Positions 20,178 through 29,506 of a stretch of 64,000 nucleotides of DNA are shown here, piece after piece. The number at the start of each line of letters is the position of its first letter. The stretch's first letter is position 1. Under the pieces are notes generated by a model. The model was not told the DNA's origin, ran no database searches, and worked only from the letters and a program-made list of their open reading frames with translations. Location: contig JAXGZN010000002.1 in the NCBI GenBank assembly GCA_040776945.1, forward strand, positions 995,393 through 1,059,392. Direction: 5' to 3'. This stretch comes from Methanomassiliicoccaceae archaeon (lineage in GTDB: Archaea > Thermoplasmatota > Thermoplasmata > Methanomassiliicoccales > Methanomassiliicoccaceae). The position numbers and the translations under genes were made by a program.

Positions 20178-21820
20178 TGGCGATGATGTCGCCAGAGCTC
20201 AAGAACGAGATAGCCCGGGACGTGAGCATCCGGGAATACATAAGCGAGCTCCAGAAGACCACCAACACCATGCCAAGGTACTTCGAGAACCTGTCGGTGA
20301 AGGACCTCGCTGACATAAGGAAGAACGCGATAGTCGACCCGGGCAGCGCCAATATCATCTACAAGATTGGCGGCGGATATATCCACATCGACGCGTTACA
20401 TTCCAAATACATCTCCATCGAGACCAGGCTGAACCTTGAGCAGAAGGAGAAGTTGCGCAAGATCAAGGAGCTGATCCTGGAGAAGGCTAGCGCCGAGGAG
20501 TCCGTGGAGACCAAGGAGGATCTCGTCCGCATCCTGGAGAAGCTGTTCGATCTATCGGTGGAGATCGGCAACGGCAACATCAAGAGGCGCAAGAAGGGCG
20601 GCAAGGTCGTGCTCACCCAGAGAGAGCACGACCTCCTGAAGTACTACATCAATCGGGACATCATCGGCTACGGAGTGATCGAGCCGCTGATCATGGACCC
20701 CTACATTGAGGATATCCATCTCATCGGGACGTCACGAGTGCGCGTCTCGCATAAAGCGTTCCAGTATGGACTGGAGACGAACATAAGGTTCGAGGACGAG
20801 GTGACCTTGAACGAGTTCTTCGTATCCATGTCCGAGCGCATGGGGCGGCCGGTGAGCGCCTCGAAGCCCATCGTCGACGGCACCCTGCCGGACGGGTCGC
20901 GCATCAACATGATCTACTCCAACGATGTCAGCGCTCGCGGCTCGTCGTTCACCATCCGTAAGTTCGCGGCCGAGCCGATCTCGCCGATCCAGCTAATAAA
21001 ATGGGGTACGTTCTCGCCGGAGTTCGTGGCCTATATCTGGATGTGCCTGGAGAACAAGATGAACATCATCCTGGCCGGCGAGACCGCGTCCGGCAAGACC
21101 ACCGCTTTGAACGCCTTGTTGTGCTTCATCGACCACCGCGGGAAGATCTACTCTGTTGAGGACACACCTGAAGTGAAGCCTCCTCAGAAGGGCTGGCAGA
21201 GATGCGTTACCAGGGAGTCTGGACCGGAGGAGGCCCGGGTCACAATGTTCGACCTGCTCCGCGCGGCGCTGCGTTCCCGTCCCGATTACATCGTCATCGG
21301 CGAGATAAGGGGCGAGGAGGGCCGGGTGGCCTTCCAGTGCATGCAGACCGGAATTCCGGTCCTCGCGACCTTTCACGCTTCCAACGCCACCAAGTTCATA
21401 CAGAGGATGACCGGACAGCCGATCAACATCCCAATGTCGTTCATAGACAATGTCAATGTCATCATCTTCCAATCGGCGGTGAACGTTAACCGACGATTCC
21501 TGAGGCGGGTCACTGGTGTGGAGGAGTTTATCGGCTTCAGCAAGGAGGCGGGAGGAGTGCTCAGCCGGAACGTCTTCAAGTGGGACTCGGCCACCGACAA
21601 CCTGTACTTCCGGGGAAACAACAACTCGTACATCTTGGAGAAGAGGATAGCGCTGGAGCACGGATACTCGGAGCCCAAGGACGTCTACAAGGACCTGCGG
21701 CAGCGGGAGAAGATCATACGCAAGATGTTGGAGCTTGACATCACCGGCTATCACGAGGTAAACAAGGTACTGAGCGACTACTACGAGAACGGGCCCAACT
21801 CGCTGCCCTTCACGGTGTGA
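20177..21820 (+). CDS. arlI: Archaellum motor ATPase ArlI
   Basis: DPYIEDI, GETASGKTT, RSRPDYIVIGEIRG, TFHA. Confidence 0.95.
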   Translation: MAMMSPELKNEIARDVSIREYISELQKTTNTMPRYFENLSVKDLADIRKNAIVDPGSANIIYKIGGGYIHIDALHSKYISIETRLNLEQKEKLRKIKELILEKASAEESVETKEDLVRILEKLFDLSVEIGNGNIKRRKKGGKVVLTQREHDLLKYYINRDIIGYGVIEPLIMDPYIEDIHLIGTSRVRVSHKAFQYGLETNIRFEDEVTLNEFFVSMSERMGRPVSASKPIVDGTLPDGSRINMIYSNDVSARGSSFTIRKFAAEPISPIQLIKWGTFSPEFVAYIWMCLENKMNIILAGETASGKTTALNALLCFIDHRGKIYSVEDTPEVKPPQKGWQRCVTRESGPEEARVTMFDLLRAALRSRPDYIVIGEIRGEEGRVAFQCMQTGIPVLATFHASNATKFIQRMTGQPINIPMSFIDNVNVIIFQSAVNVNRRFLRRVTGVEEFIGFSKEAGGVLSRNVFKWDSATDNLYFRGNNNSYILEKRIALEHGYSEPKDVYKDLRQREKIIRKMLELDITGYHEVNKVLSDYYENGPNSLPFTV

Positions 21821-21826
21821 TGCGCC

Positions 21827-23506
21827 ATGAAGAAGGATGCCTGGCTGCGCGACCTTCGGATGAAGGAGGAGACCTACTACAAGCTGATAATGGTCTCCAT
21901 CGTCTTGCTGGGCATCGTCGTGCCGGCGCTGCTCACGATATCACTGGCGCCGTACCTCCATGGGCCGTTATTGATCCTGGCGTACGTCGTACCGATGTTC
22001 GGCATCTTCGTAGTGTTCATGCTGCCGGCAGTGTACACCTCCAAGCGGAAGGTGGAGGTGGAGCAGAACATGCCCATGTTCGTCACCACCATGGCCGCGT
22101 TGTCGACCTCGGACATGCCGTTCGAGAGCGTGTTCTACATCCTGTCGAACAAGAAGGAGTACGGCCAGCTAGCCAGGGACGCCAAGCAGATCTGCCGGCT
22201 GGTGAAGCACTACAGTGTGGGCGCCGCCGAGGCCTGCCGCTTCATCGCCCTGAGGACGCAATGCCAGATGGAGGCCAACTTCTTCAACCGCCTGTCGCAC
22301 TCGCTGGACGTCGGCGAGAAGCTCGACAAGTTCATGGAGAACGAGCACGACGTCATCATGGACGAGTATCTCCTGCGCGCCGAGGGGACGCTCAAGGACC
22401 TCGACTTCGTGAAGGAGATCTACACCGGACTGACGACCTCGCTGATCTTCACCGCGGTGTTCGTGTGCATAATGCCCATGTTCGGCTCAGGCGCGGTCGA
22501 GGTGCTTATGATCGGCGTGGTGTTCAGCTTTGCCGCCCTGGAATCGTTCTTCATCTACCTGCTGAAGACCAAGGTGCCCAAGGACCGCATCTGGTTAGGT
22601 TACAGCACTAAGTTGAAAAGAGGGCAGATCACCGAGAAGGACCGGCTCATCTTCACCTCGGTGCTCGTGGCCGTCCTCGGCATCGTGCTGCTGTCCGTCA
22701 TCATGATCCCGTCCGGTCTCCCGCCGATGTTCATCGCCTCGACCATATTCCTGCCGGCCCTGTTCCCCGGCATCCTCGTGCTCAGGGAGGAAAAGGCGAT
22801 AGAGACCCGGGACAATCTGTTCGGCGCGTTCATACGGTCCCTCGGGCGCTCCTCGGAGGCCAGTGGGACCACCATGTCCGATGGCGTGAAGCGTCTGGCG
22901 ATGCATTCCTTCGGACCGCTGACCAAGATGGTCAAGAACCTCTCGAAGAGGCTGCAGCTGCACATCAGCGCGGCCGATTCGTGGAGGCATTTTTCCGCGG
23001 AGACGTCCAGCGACCTCATCGACAAGTTCGGCGAGATGTACGTGACCTGCATCCACAACGGCTCCAAGGCCGAGCCGACCAGCCTGTTCATCAGCGACAA
23101 CATGTTCCGGGTGCTGAGCATACGCAAGAAGCGTTCGCAGACCGCGTCCTCGTTCGTCGGCATCCTCTATGGGGTGATGATATCGCTCGCCATCACCCTG
23201 TACATCACCGTAGGTATCGTGGGCTACATGGGCGACGTGATGTCCTCGGTGGTCATCGAGAGCCCAGGGAGCTCCTCCAGCTTTCTAAGCGGCCTTCTCT
23301 CGGCCAACTTCGACATCGCCGGGATCGAGATGATGGTGTTCGCGGTCATCCTGGTCCACGCAACGCTCTCATCGCTCATGCTGCCGATGATCAAGGGAGG
23401 CCACGTTGTCGGGTCGGTGGTGCACTTCATCGCCCTAATCTGGATCGGATCCACGTCCTCGCTGCTGTCTAAGTACCTTATCGGCGGGCTGCTCGGCGGC
23501 GGCTGA
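21827..23506 (+). CDS. arlJ: Archaellum membrane platform ArlJ
   Basis: Two T2SS-F-like repeats with multiple TMs; follows arlI. Confidence 0.92.
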   Translation: MKKDAWLRDLRMKEETYYKLIMVSIVLLGIVVPALLTISLAPYLHGPLLILAYVVPMFGIFVVFMLPAVYTSKRKVEVEQNMPMFVTTMAALSTSDMPFESVFYILSNKKEYGQLARDAKQICRLVKHYSVGAAEACRFIALRTQCQMEANFFNRLSHSLDVGEKLDKFMENEHDVIMDEYLLRAEGTLKDLDFVKEIYTGLTTSLIFTAVFVCIMPMFGSGAVEVLMIGVVFSFAALESFFIYLLKTKVPKDRIWLGYSTKLKRGQITEKDRLIFTSVLVAVLGIVLLSVIMIPSGLPPMFIASTIFLPALFPGILVLREEKAIETRDNLFGAFIRSLGRSSEASGTTMSDGVKRLAMHSFGPLTKMVKNLSKRLQLHISAADSWRHFSAETSSDLIDKFGEMYVTCIHNGSKAEPTSLFISDNMFRVLSIRKKRSQTASSFVGILYGVMISLAITLYITVGIVGYMGDVMSSVVIESPGSSSSFLSGLLSANFDIAGIEMMVFAVILVHATLSSLMLPMIKGGHVVGSVVHFIALIWIGSTSSLLSKYLIGGLLGGG

Positions 23507-23551
23507 GCTGGACCTGTGAAGGGCGCGTCCTTCAAAAACTATGGACACTCG

Positions 23552-23629
23552 TAACGATGGTCTGCATTACCGCAGTTATGAACTGGGGCGACGAGTTATG
23601 ACTCGCGGTCGTGAGCTTGACCATCGTTA
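23552..23629. other. Predicted multi-hairpin structured element between convergent arl and che operons
   Basis: Perfect 11-bp inverted repeat taacgatggtc/gaccatcgtta enclosing two hairpins. Confidence 0.5.
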
Positions 23630-23714
23630 TCTGAAAGTCTCCCACGTCGATCGACTAGCCTAAGTCCAGGGCGTGGAAGGGATGACTTCTTAAGGGTAGG
23701 GAGGCGGTCTCTTC

Positions 23715-24278
23715 TCAGATGGAGGATATTTCATTGCCCTTCTGGATGCGGTAGACCCCATTGGCCGGGTTGAAGGTAACAGTGCGCCCTCGGATGCCGC
23801 CCACATCCTCTGCCAAAAGAGGGATGTTCTCACCTCTGAGAGTGGCCCTGGCAGCATCTGAGTTCCTCTTGCCGATGTTGAGTGTGTCGGAAGAGATGAA
23901 CGAGAACATCTGCGCCCCGCCTGCCATCTTCGCCCTGAGGCGGCCTCGCGACGCTCCCATCTCCAGCAGTTCGTCCACCATGATCATAATGGAAGAGTCG
24001 GCGTACTTGGAAGCGTTGATCTTGTCCCTCCCTTCCTCATAACGGGGGAGCATGGCATGGGCCACCCCTGCCACTCCAGCCTGCAGGTCATAGATGGCGA
24101 TGCCCACACACGAGCCCAGCCCAATGCACGTCAGCTTTGCAGGGCTGCGGGCGACCTTGTACTCCCCGACGCCCACCACGTTGTCGTCATCCAGGATGTG
24201 GGCGCGTCCGAGCACATTGCTCCCACGGGTAACGCCCGGCCGAGAGGTCGGCGATAGGTCTTCGGACCGTACGTCCAT
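23715..24278 (-). CDS. cheD: Chemoreceptor glutamine deamidase CheD
   Basis: VGVGEY, GLGSCVG, HAMLP, KMAGGAQMF, EDVGG..GRT. Confidence 0.94.
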   Translation of the reverse strand: MDVRSEDLSPTSRPGVTRGSNVLGRAHILDDDNVVGVGEYKVARSPAKLTCIGLGSCVGIAIYDLQAGVAGVAHAMLPRYEEGRDKINASKYADSSIMIMVDELLEMGASRGRLRAKMAGGAQMFSFISSDTLNIGKRNSDAARATLRGENIPLLAEDVGGIRGRTVTFNPANGVYRIQKGNEISSI

Positions 24279-24281
24279 AGC

Positions 24282-24905
24282 TCACACCGTTCTGAACTTC
24301 TCTGCCAGGAGGCGCACTGTCTTACGGTCCGGGAGATACAGCATGAAGCCTGAGCACACCGAGCCGCCGAACACGAACTGGGTCTTTATCACCATAAGCT
24401 CGTCGGCCTCGGCGTCGGCCATCGCCGCAGGGTACTGCAATACGGCATGAAGCATGTCCACTGCGACGCCAGGGGGCGATGGGACCATGGTTATGCCGCA
24501 GAACTTGGCCACTGCATTGAGATACGCCGAGGCGCAGATGTTGCCTACCTCGCATATGGCGTCCTGGTCAATTTCGTCCAGCTCACGCACGGTGTGGTGT
24601 CTTGACAACATAAGGTCCACCAGCCCGGTGGCCATGTCCTTAGATAACATCAGCATGATCCCGCCTTTCCCGGCCCCATGGGCCTCGAGGAAGACTCCAA
24701 CCACTTGCTGTTCTGGATCATCGAGGGCTCCGGGAAGCTGCTGGGTCGTGCACACGAAGTGCTCCGAGACCTCAACCACGATGTCACGATTGATAAGCGC
24801 AGAAAGGGCCGTCGAAGCGTGGGCCGCCCCGATGTTGCCTATCTCCCTCAATCCGTCCAGGAGGACGGGGTCCTGCTCTGCGGCCAGCGCGCGCGTGCTC
24901 ATCAT
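24282..24905 (-). CDS. cheC: CheY-P phosphatase CheC (both sites intact)
   Basis: DGLREIGNIG and DAICEVGNIC (D-x3-E-x2-N twice). Confidence 0.9.
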   Translation of the reverse strand: MMSTRALAAEQDPVLLDGLREIGNIGAAHASTALSALINRDIVVEVSEHFVCTTQQLPGALDDPEQQVVGVFLEAHGAGKGGIMLMLSKDMATGLVDLMLSRHHTVRELDEIDQDAICEVGNICASAYLNAVAKFCGITMVPSPPGVAVDMLHAVLQYPAAMADAEADELMVIKTQFVFGGSVCSGFMLYLPDRKTVRLLAEKFRTV

Positions 24906-24906
24906 A

Positions 24907-25563
24907 TCACAGCCCGAACTTGGACATCATGGCGGCCTGTGATTCCGCGTCCACTCCAAACCGCTTGAACGTCCGCATCTGGATGTTCCTGCTCGGAGCG
25001 AAGATGATCGCCCCCTGGAACCGCTTTTTTTTGTCCACGAAGTTCGTCTCCACCCTGACCAGGTCGTTGTCGCGCAGGGGGCGGATCATCTCCGGGAACC
25101 TCATTCGGTCGGTTATGCGATCTATGGATACCTCCGGGGAGTTGGGAATTATCTCCATGGAGAGGAACTTGGCTATAGGCACGAGGTACTGGCGGATGCA
25201 TATGTCCCCCATCTCCACCATCACGTCGCGGTCCTGCTCGGTCATCTGCCGTCCGGCCTTGTGCGGGCGGCTCAGCAATAGGTCCGAGAGGTACGTCGCC
25301 ACGTCCCCAGGGAACACCATGAATATGCGGCTTCCTTCGGGATCGATGTCGATCCTGAGGGTGGCGAAGATGCTCCCCAGTTCTCCGAAGCGATTCGGAA
25401 GGGCAGGCATAGGCATCACTCTGCACTCGGTCACATCGATCAGGATGTCGGTCCTTACAAGCTTGGTGAGGGCGGTGGATGCGTGGGAGGCCCCCACGTT
25501 GCCTAACTCCCTAAGAGCGTCCATCTGCAGTTCGTCAAGTTCGTTCACTTCCATAGAGCTCAT
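24907..25563 (-). CDS. cheC: CheC paralogue (second site degenerate)
   Basis: DALRELGNVGASHA intact; second site reads DVMVEMGDIC. Confidence 0.85.
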   Translation of the reverse strand: MSSMEVNELDELQMDALRELGNVGASHASTALTKLVRTDILIDVTECRVMPMPALPNRFGELGSIFATLRIDIDPEGSRIFMVFPGDVATYLSDLLLSRPHKAGRQMTEQDRDVMVEMGDICIRQYLVPIAKFLSMEIIPNSPEVSIDRITDRMRFPEMIRPLRDNDLVRVETNFVDKKKRFQGAIIFAPSRNIQMRTFKRFGVDAESQAAMMSKFGL

Positions 25564-27566
25564 GTGAAGGCCCCCACGTCCAATATCATCGCTACCTTTC
25601 CATCTCCAAGTATGGTCGCTCCCGAGAAGTACCCGGTATGCCGGAGGTCTTTCCCCAAGTTCTTGACCACGATCTCCTGCTGCCCGATGAGACGGGACAC
25701 GAGCAGGCAGGCGCGACTGTCGTTCTTCTCCACTATGACTGCCGGCATCTCGTCCGCCCCCATACTGCGGCTTCCGAACTCGGCGCGGACGTTGAGCACC
25801 GGCAACACCTCGTCTCGAAGTTGGAAAACACCCCGATCGATGACCGAGTGAATGGACCTCATGGGCACCCGCACGGTCTCCCGCACGTTCTCCAGGGGGA
25901 TGGCGTACTTCTCACCGTTCACCTCGACCAGCATGGCTCGGATGATGCTCATGCTGGGCGGGAGCTTGAGGGTGATCTTGCATCCCTTCCCGAAGGTCGA
26001 GTCCAGCCGGATGAAACCTCCAAGGCCTTCGATCTTGGTCTTGACCACATCCATCCCTACTCCCCGGCCAGAGATGTCAGATACCTTGTCGGCGGTGCTG
26101 AAGTTGGGAAGGAAGACGAACTGCAGTTTGGAGCGCTCGTCCATGCGCTCCGCCTCTTCCGCGGTCACCAGACCTTTGCTGATGGCCTTGGAGACGATGC
26201 GCTGGACGTCCATCCCACGGCCGTCGTCCTCCACGGTGATTACGATGCTGCTTTGCTCCTGGAAGGCCGAGAGGACGATCGTTCCGCGAGGGTCCTTTCC
26301 CTTGGCCACCCTCTCCTCCTTCGGCTCGATGCCATGGTCCGCCGCGTTCCTGAGCAGGTGGACAAGGGCGTCCCCGACCTCGTCCAGCAGGCCGCGGTCG
26401 ATCTCGATGTCGGTGCCCCTCATGACGAACTCGACGTCCTTGCCGTTGGCAAGGGCGAGGTCCCTCACGATGCGGGGGAACCGCTTGAAGATGAAGTCCA
26501 CCTGGACCATCCTGGTGCGGAGCACGATGTCCTGCATCTCACCCATCAGCCGGGAGTTGTTCTGCAAGGTCTGCTTCAGCTCACGGTTCTTCAGGTCGAC
26601 TGCGATCTGATTGATGCGGATGTTGTTGATCATGATCTCCCCGACCAGGTCTAGAAGCTTGTCCAGCAGCTTGCTCTTGACCCTGATTGATGACGAGCTG
26701 GAGATCCCGGAGCGCTTCTCCTCCTGGTGGTCGCATTCCTCTTTGCTCTCCAGCAGAACGTCGTGATCCTCCTGCGGCGCATTGGCCGGCAAGTGGGGCA
26801 TGCCCTTGTCGGCCAGGGTAGCGTTCCCCCTGTCTAGACAAACAGGATAAAGGACGGCCCTGGCCACGCCAGTGACCTCCTGGACCGGCGCCAGCAGAGC
26901 TGCGTCATCGACGGTCGTCCCCAGCACCAAGATGAGCCCTTCGTCGGAATCGGAGACCTCGGCCATGTCCGGCGATGATGCCAAGAGCGAGCTTACCGGC
27001 GCCAGCGCCTTCGATATCTGATAGGCCCGTCCCTCCTTGAACCTCAACTTGTCGGCCCAGGTGACGCTCATGATCACCGGCCGCGCGCCAGGGGGAAGCA
27101 CCTCCCGTATGCGCTCCAGCTCTTCGGAGCCTATCTCCAGAACATCGTCCAGTCGGTCCACCGGGACAGGCTTCGGGGCGGGAACCTCGAGGGCCGCCGC
27201 TATGCGCTCCCTTAGGTCCACCCCTAGGGTCATGATGCTTCCTGTAGTTTCGAGCTCTTCGAGCATTCGCTCAATGGTGTCAATGCCGGTGAACAGCAGC
27301 TCGATTATTGGCCGGGGAGGCATCTCCTTCCTCTTCCGTAATATGTCGAACAGGTCTTCCAGTACGTGCGCCAGTTCCTGTATGGCGGGAACGCCGACGA
27401 CCCCCGCGGTGCCCTTCAGGGTGTGCATGGCCCGGAAGGCCTCGTTCATGCTCATCTCGTCGAAGCCTTTCTCCTCCAGCGACAGCATGGTGCTGTTCAG
27501 GGACTGTATGTTCTCCTTGGACTCCTCTATGAAGACGTCAAGATACTGTGAGTTGTCCATGATCAC
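25560..27566 (-). CDS. cheA: Chemotaxis histidine kinase CheA
   Basis: HPt FRAMHTLKG, HLLRNAADHGIE, EDDGRG, SGRGVGMDVV, C-terminal CheW-like domain. Confidence 0.96.
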   Translation of the reverse strand: MIMDNSQYLDVFIEESKENIQSLNSTMLSLEEKGFDEMSMNEAFRAMHTLKGTAGVVGVPAIQELAHVLEDLFDILRKRKEMPPRPIIELLFTGIDTIERMLEELETTGSIMTLGVDLRERIAAALEVPAPKPVPVDRLDDVLEIGSEELERIREVLPPGARPVIMSVTWADKLRFKEGRAYQISKALAPVSSLLASSPDMAEVSDSDEGLILVLGTTVDDAALLAPVQEVTGVARAVLYPVCLDRGNATLADKGMPHLPANAPQEDHDVLLESKEECDHQEEKRSGISSSSSIRVKSKLLDKLLDLVGEIMINNIRINQIAVDLKNRELKQTLQNNSRLMGEMQDIVLRTRMVQVDFIFKRFPRIVRDLALANGKDVEFVMRGTDIEIDRGLLDEVGDALVHLLRNAADHGIEPKEERVAKGKDPRGTIVLSAFQEQSSIVITVEDDGRGMDVQRIVSKAISKGLVTAEEAERMDERSKLQFVFLPNFSTADKVSDISGRGVGMDVVKTKIEGLGGFIRLDSTFGKGCKITLKLPPSMSIIRAMLVEVNGEKYAIPLENVRETVRVPMRSIHSVIDRGVFQLRDEVLPVLNVRAEFGSRSMGADEMPAVIVEKNDSRACLLVSRLIGQQEIVVKNLGKDLRHTGYFSGATILGDGKVAMILDVGAFT

Positions 27567-28588
27567 ATCCCCATGCTGATCATGATGGTTATCGCCTGCG
27601 CGATGTCAGTCAGGGGGACCACGCGGTCCGCGGCGCCGATGTCCACGACCGCCTTGGGCATGCCGTAGACGACGCATGTTTCCTCGCTCTGCGCGATTGT
27701 CTTGCCGCCGTTCCTCTTTATGTTCCGCATCCCTTCCGCGCCGTCCGAGCCCATTCCGGTCAGGACCACGCCGATGGCCCTGGGACCGTACCTGGGGGCA
27801 ACGCTGTTCATGAGCACGTCCACCGCAGGGCGCACGAAATTGACCTTGGGGCCGTCGTCCAGTCGCAGACGGTCGCCCTCGAGCAAGAGGTGCTTGTTCC
27901 CTGGGGCAAGGTACACCTTCCCTTTGCGGACCTCGTCGCCCTCCTCGGCCTCCTTGACCTCCAGAGCGGATGTCCAGTTCAGCCTCTCAGCGAAGGACCG
28001 GGTGAACCCTTCGGGCATGTGCTGCACCACCAGAACCGCCGCCGGCAGGTTGGCCGGAAGGCGCGACAGCACCTCGGGCAGCGCCTTGGGGCCGCCGGTG
28101 GAGGAGCCGATGAGAACGATCCAGTCACCTCTTAGGGCGAGCATCTGGGCCGGCTGCACCGCGCTCAGCGAGCGGCGGGGCGAGATCCTGGCCTTCGCCG
28201 CCGCCTTCACCTTGGCGATTATGCCGTCGCTCTCCTTCTCCAGGTCTATGGACAGTGACCCGGCGGTCTTGGCGATGAAGTCGACCGCTCCCAGGTCCAG
28301 GCTTTTCAGCGCAATGTCCGCCTGCCGCTTGTCCATGGAGCTGAGCATGACCACCGCCCGGGGGGACTCGGCCATGATGTGCTGGAGCGCGGTAAGGCCG
28401 TCCATTATCGGCATCTCGATGTCCATGGTGACCACGTCCGGATTGAGCTCGCTCACCTTCTCCAGCGCTTCTGCGCCGTTTCGGGCGGAGCCTACGACCT
28501 CGATCTCGGGGTCCTTGGACAGCAGGTCCGCAATTATTCGGCGCATCACTATGGAGTCGTCCACCACCAGCACTTTTATGCGGAACAC
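27563..28588 (-). CDS. cheB: Chemotaxis methylesterase CheB
   Basis: Receiver domain plus GSSTGGP, QHMP, TGMGSDG. Confidence 0.96.
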   Translation of the reverse strand: MFRIKVLVVDDSIVMRRIIADLLSKDPEIEVVGSARNGAEALEKVSELNPDVVTMDIEMPIMDGLTALQHIMAESPRAVVMLSSMDKRQADIALKSLDLGAVDFIAKTAGSLSIDLEKESDGIIAKVKAAAKARISPRRSLSAVQPAQMLALRGDWIVLIGSSTGGPKALPEVLSRLPANLPAAVLVVQHMPEGFTRSFAERLNWTSALEVKEAEEGDEVRKGKVYLAPGNKHLLLEGDRLRLDDGPKVNFVRPAVDVLMNSVAPRYGPRAIGVVLTGMGSDGAEGMRNIKRNGGKTIAQSEETCVVYGMPKAVVDIGAADRVVPLTDIAQAITIMISMGM

Positions 28589-28592
28589 CAGC

Positions 28593-28961
28593 TCATCTCG
28601 CCGTCTTATGGGCCGCTTCCAGCAGCTCCGCGTTCTCGAACGGCTTGACCAGGAAGTCCTTGGCGCCGTTGTCCAGCGCCTGCATGACCAGACTCTTCTG
28701 GTTAAGCCCGCTCACAATTATTATTCGGGCGTCCCGGTCAACTTCCACGATCTTCTTCACCACGTCGGTCCCGTGCTCGCCGGGCATGATGATGTCCATG
28801 GTCACGAGGTCCGGTGAGAGTTGCACGTACTGCTCCACCGCCTCCTTGCCGTTCTTCGCTTGGCCCACTACCTTGAACCCGCCCTTGGTCAGTATGTCGC
28901 TGATCATCGCCCTCATCACCATGGAGTCGTCGACGACCAGGACCTTCTTCTGGTTGTTCAT
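28593..28961 (-). CDS. cheY: Chemotaxis response regulator CheY
   Basis: VDDS, TMDIIMP, KPF; single receiver domain inside the che operon. Confidence 0.93.
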   Translation of the reverse strand: MNNQKKVLVVDDSMVMRAMISDILTKGGFKVVGQAKNGKEAVEQYVQLSPDLVTMDIIMPGEHGTDVVKKIVEVDRDARIIIVSGLNQKSLVMQALDNGAKDFLVKPFENAELLEAAHKTAR

Positions 28962-29497
28962 CTCGATACCTCTGCCGTAATCATCTGTTCCCCCGGGGCG
29001 AGGTGCATGACACTGTCGCCCGAGCGCAGGACCTGCACGCCGTTCATGACCTTCTCCAGGTCCAGCATCATTATCAGCTTGTCCGGGAGCTTGCTTATGC
29101 CGTTTATCGCCGAGGATTCGCTGCCGGAGAGGGTCTTCGGCGGGGGGGAGATGCTGCCCTTAGGCACGCGCATGACGTCCTCCACGGCATCTACGATGAT
29201 GCCTAGCTGGTTCTCTCCGACCTCGGCCACGATGATGCGCGACTGCGCAGAGCGGGGCGACCCGTCGGAATTGATGTTGAGGCGCTTCTTCAGGTCGATC
29301 ACCGTGGTGATCTGGCCGCGGAGGTTCATCACTCCCTCGATGTGCGGCGGGAGCTTGGGCACCCTAGTGATGTCCTCAACCTTGCGGATCTCCCTGACCT
29401 GGGAGACCACGATGGCGAATGTCTCCCTGCCCAGCCGGAAGGACACTATCTGCTCTACATCCCCGCTGAGCTCGACCTTACCTCGTTTGCGGGCCAT
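28958..29497 (-). CDS. cheW: Chemotaxis coupling protein CheW
   Basis: ITRVP..PPHIEGVMNLRGQI, GIIVDAVEDV. Confidence 0.95.
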   Translation of the reverse strand: MARKRGKVELSGDVEQIVSFRLGRETFAIVVSQVREIRKVEDITRVPKLPPHIEGVMNLRGQITTVIDLKKRLNINSDGSPRSAQSRIIVAEVGENQLGIIVDAVEDVMRVPKGSISPPPKTLSGSESSAINGISKLPDKLIMMLDLEKVMNGVQVLRSGDSVMHLAPGEQMITAEVSR

Positions 29498-29506
29498 GGG
29501 AATACC

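Noticed and set aside
23552-23629. Known riboswitch or self-cleaving ribozyme (fluoride, hammerhead)
   Set aside because: Consensus cores are not present and the element lies 3' of both flanking genes; kept only as an unclassified structure
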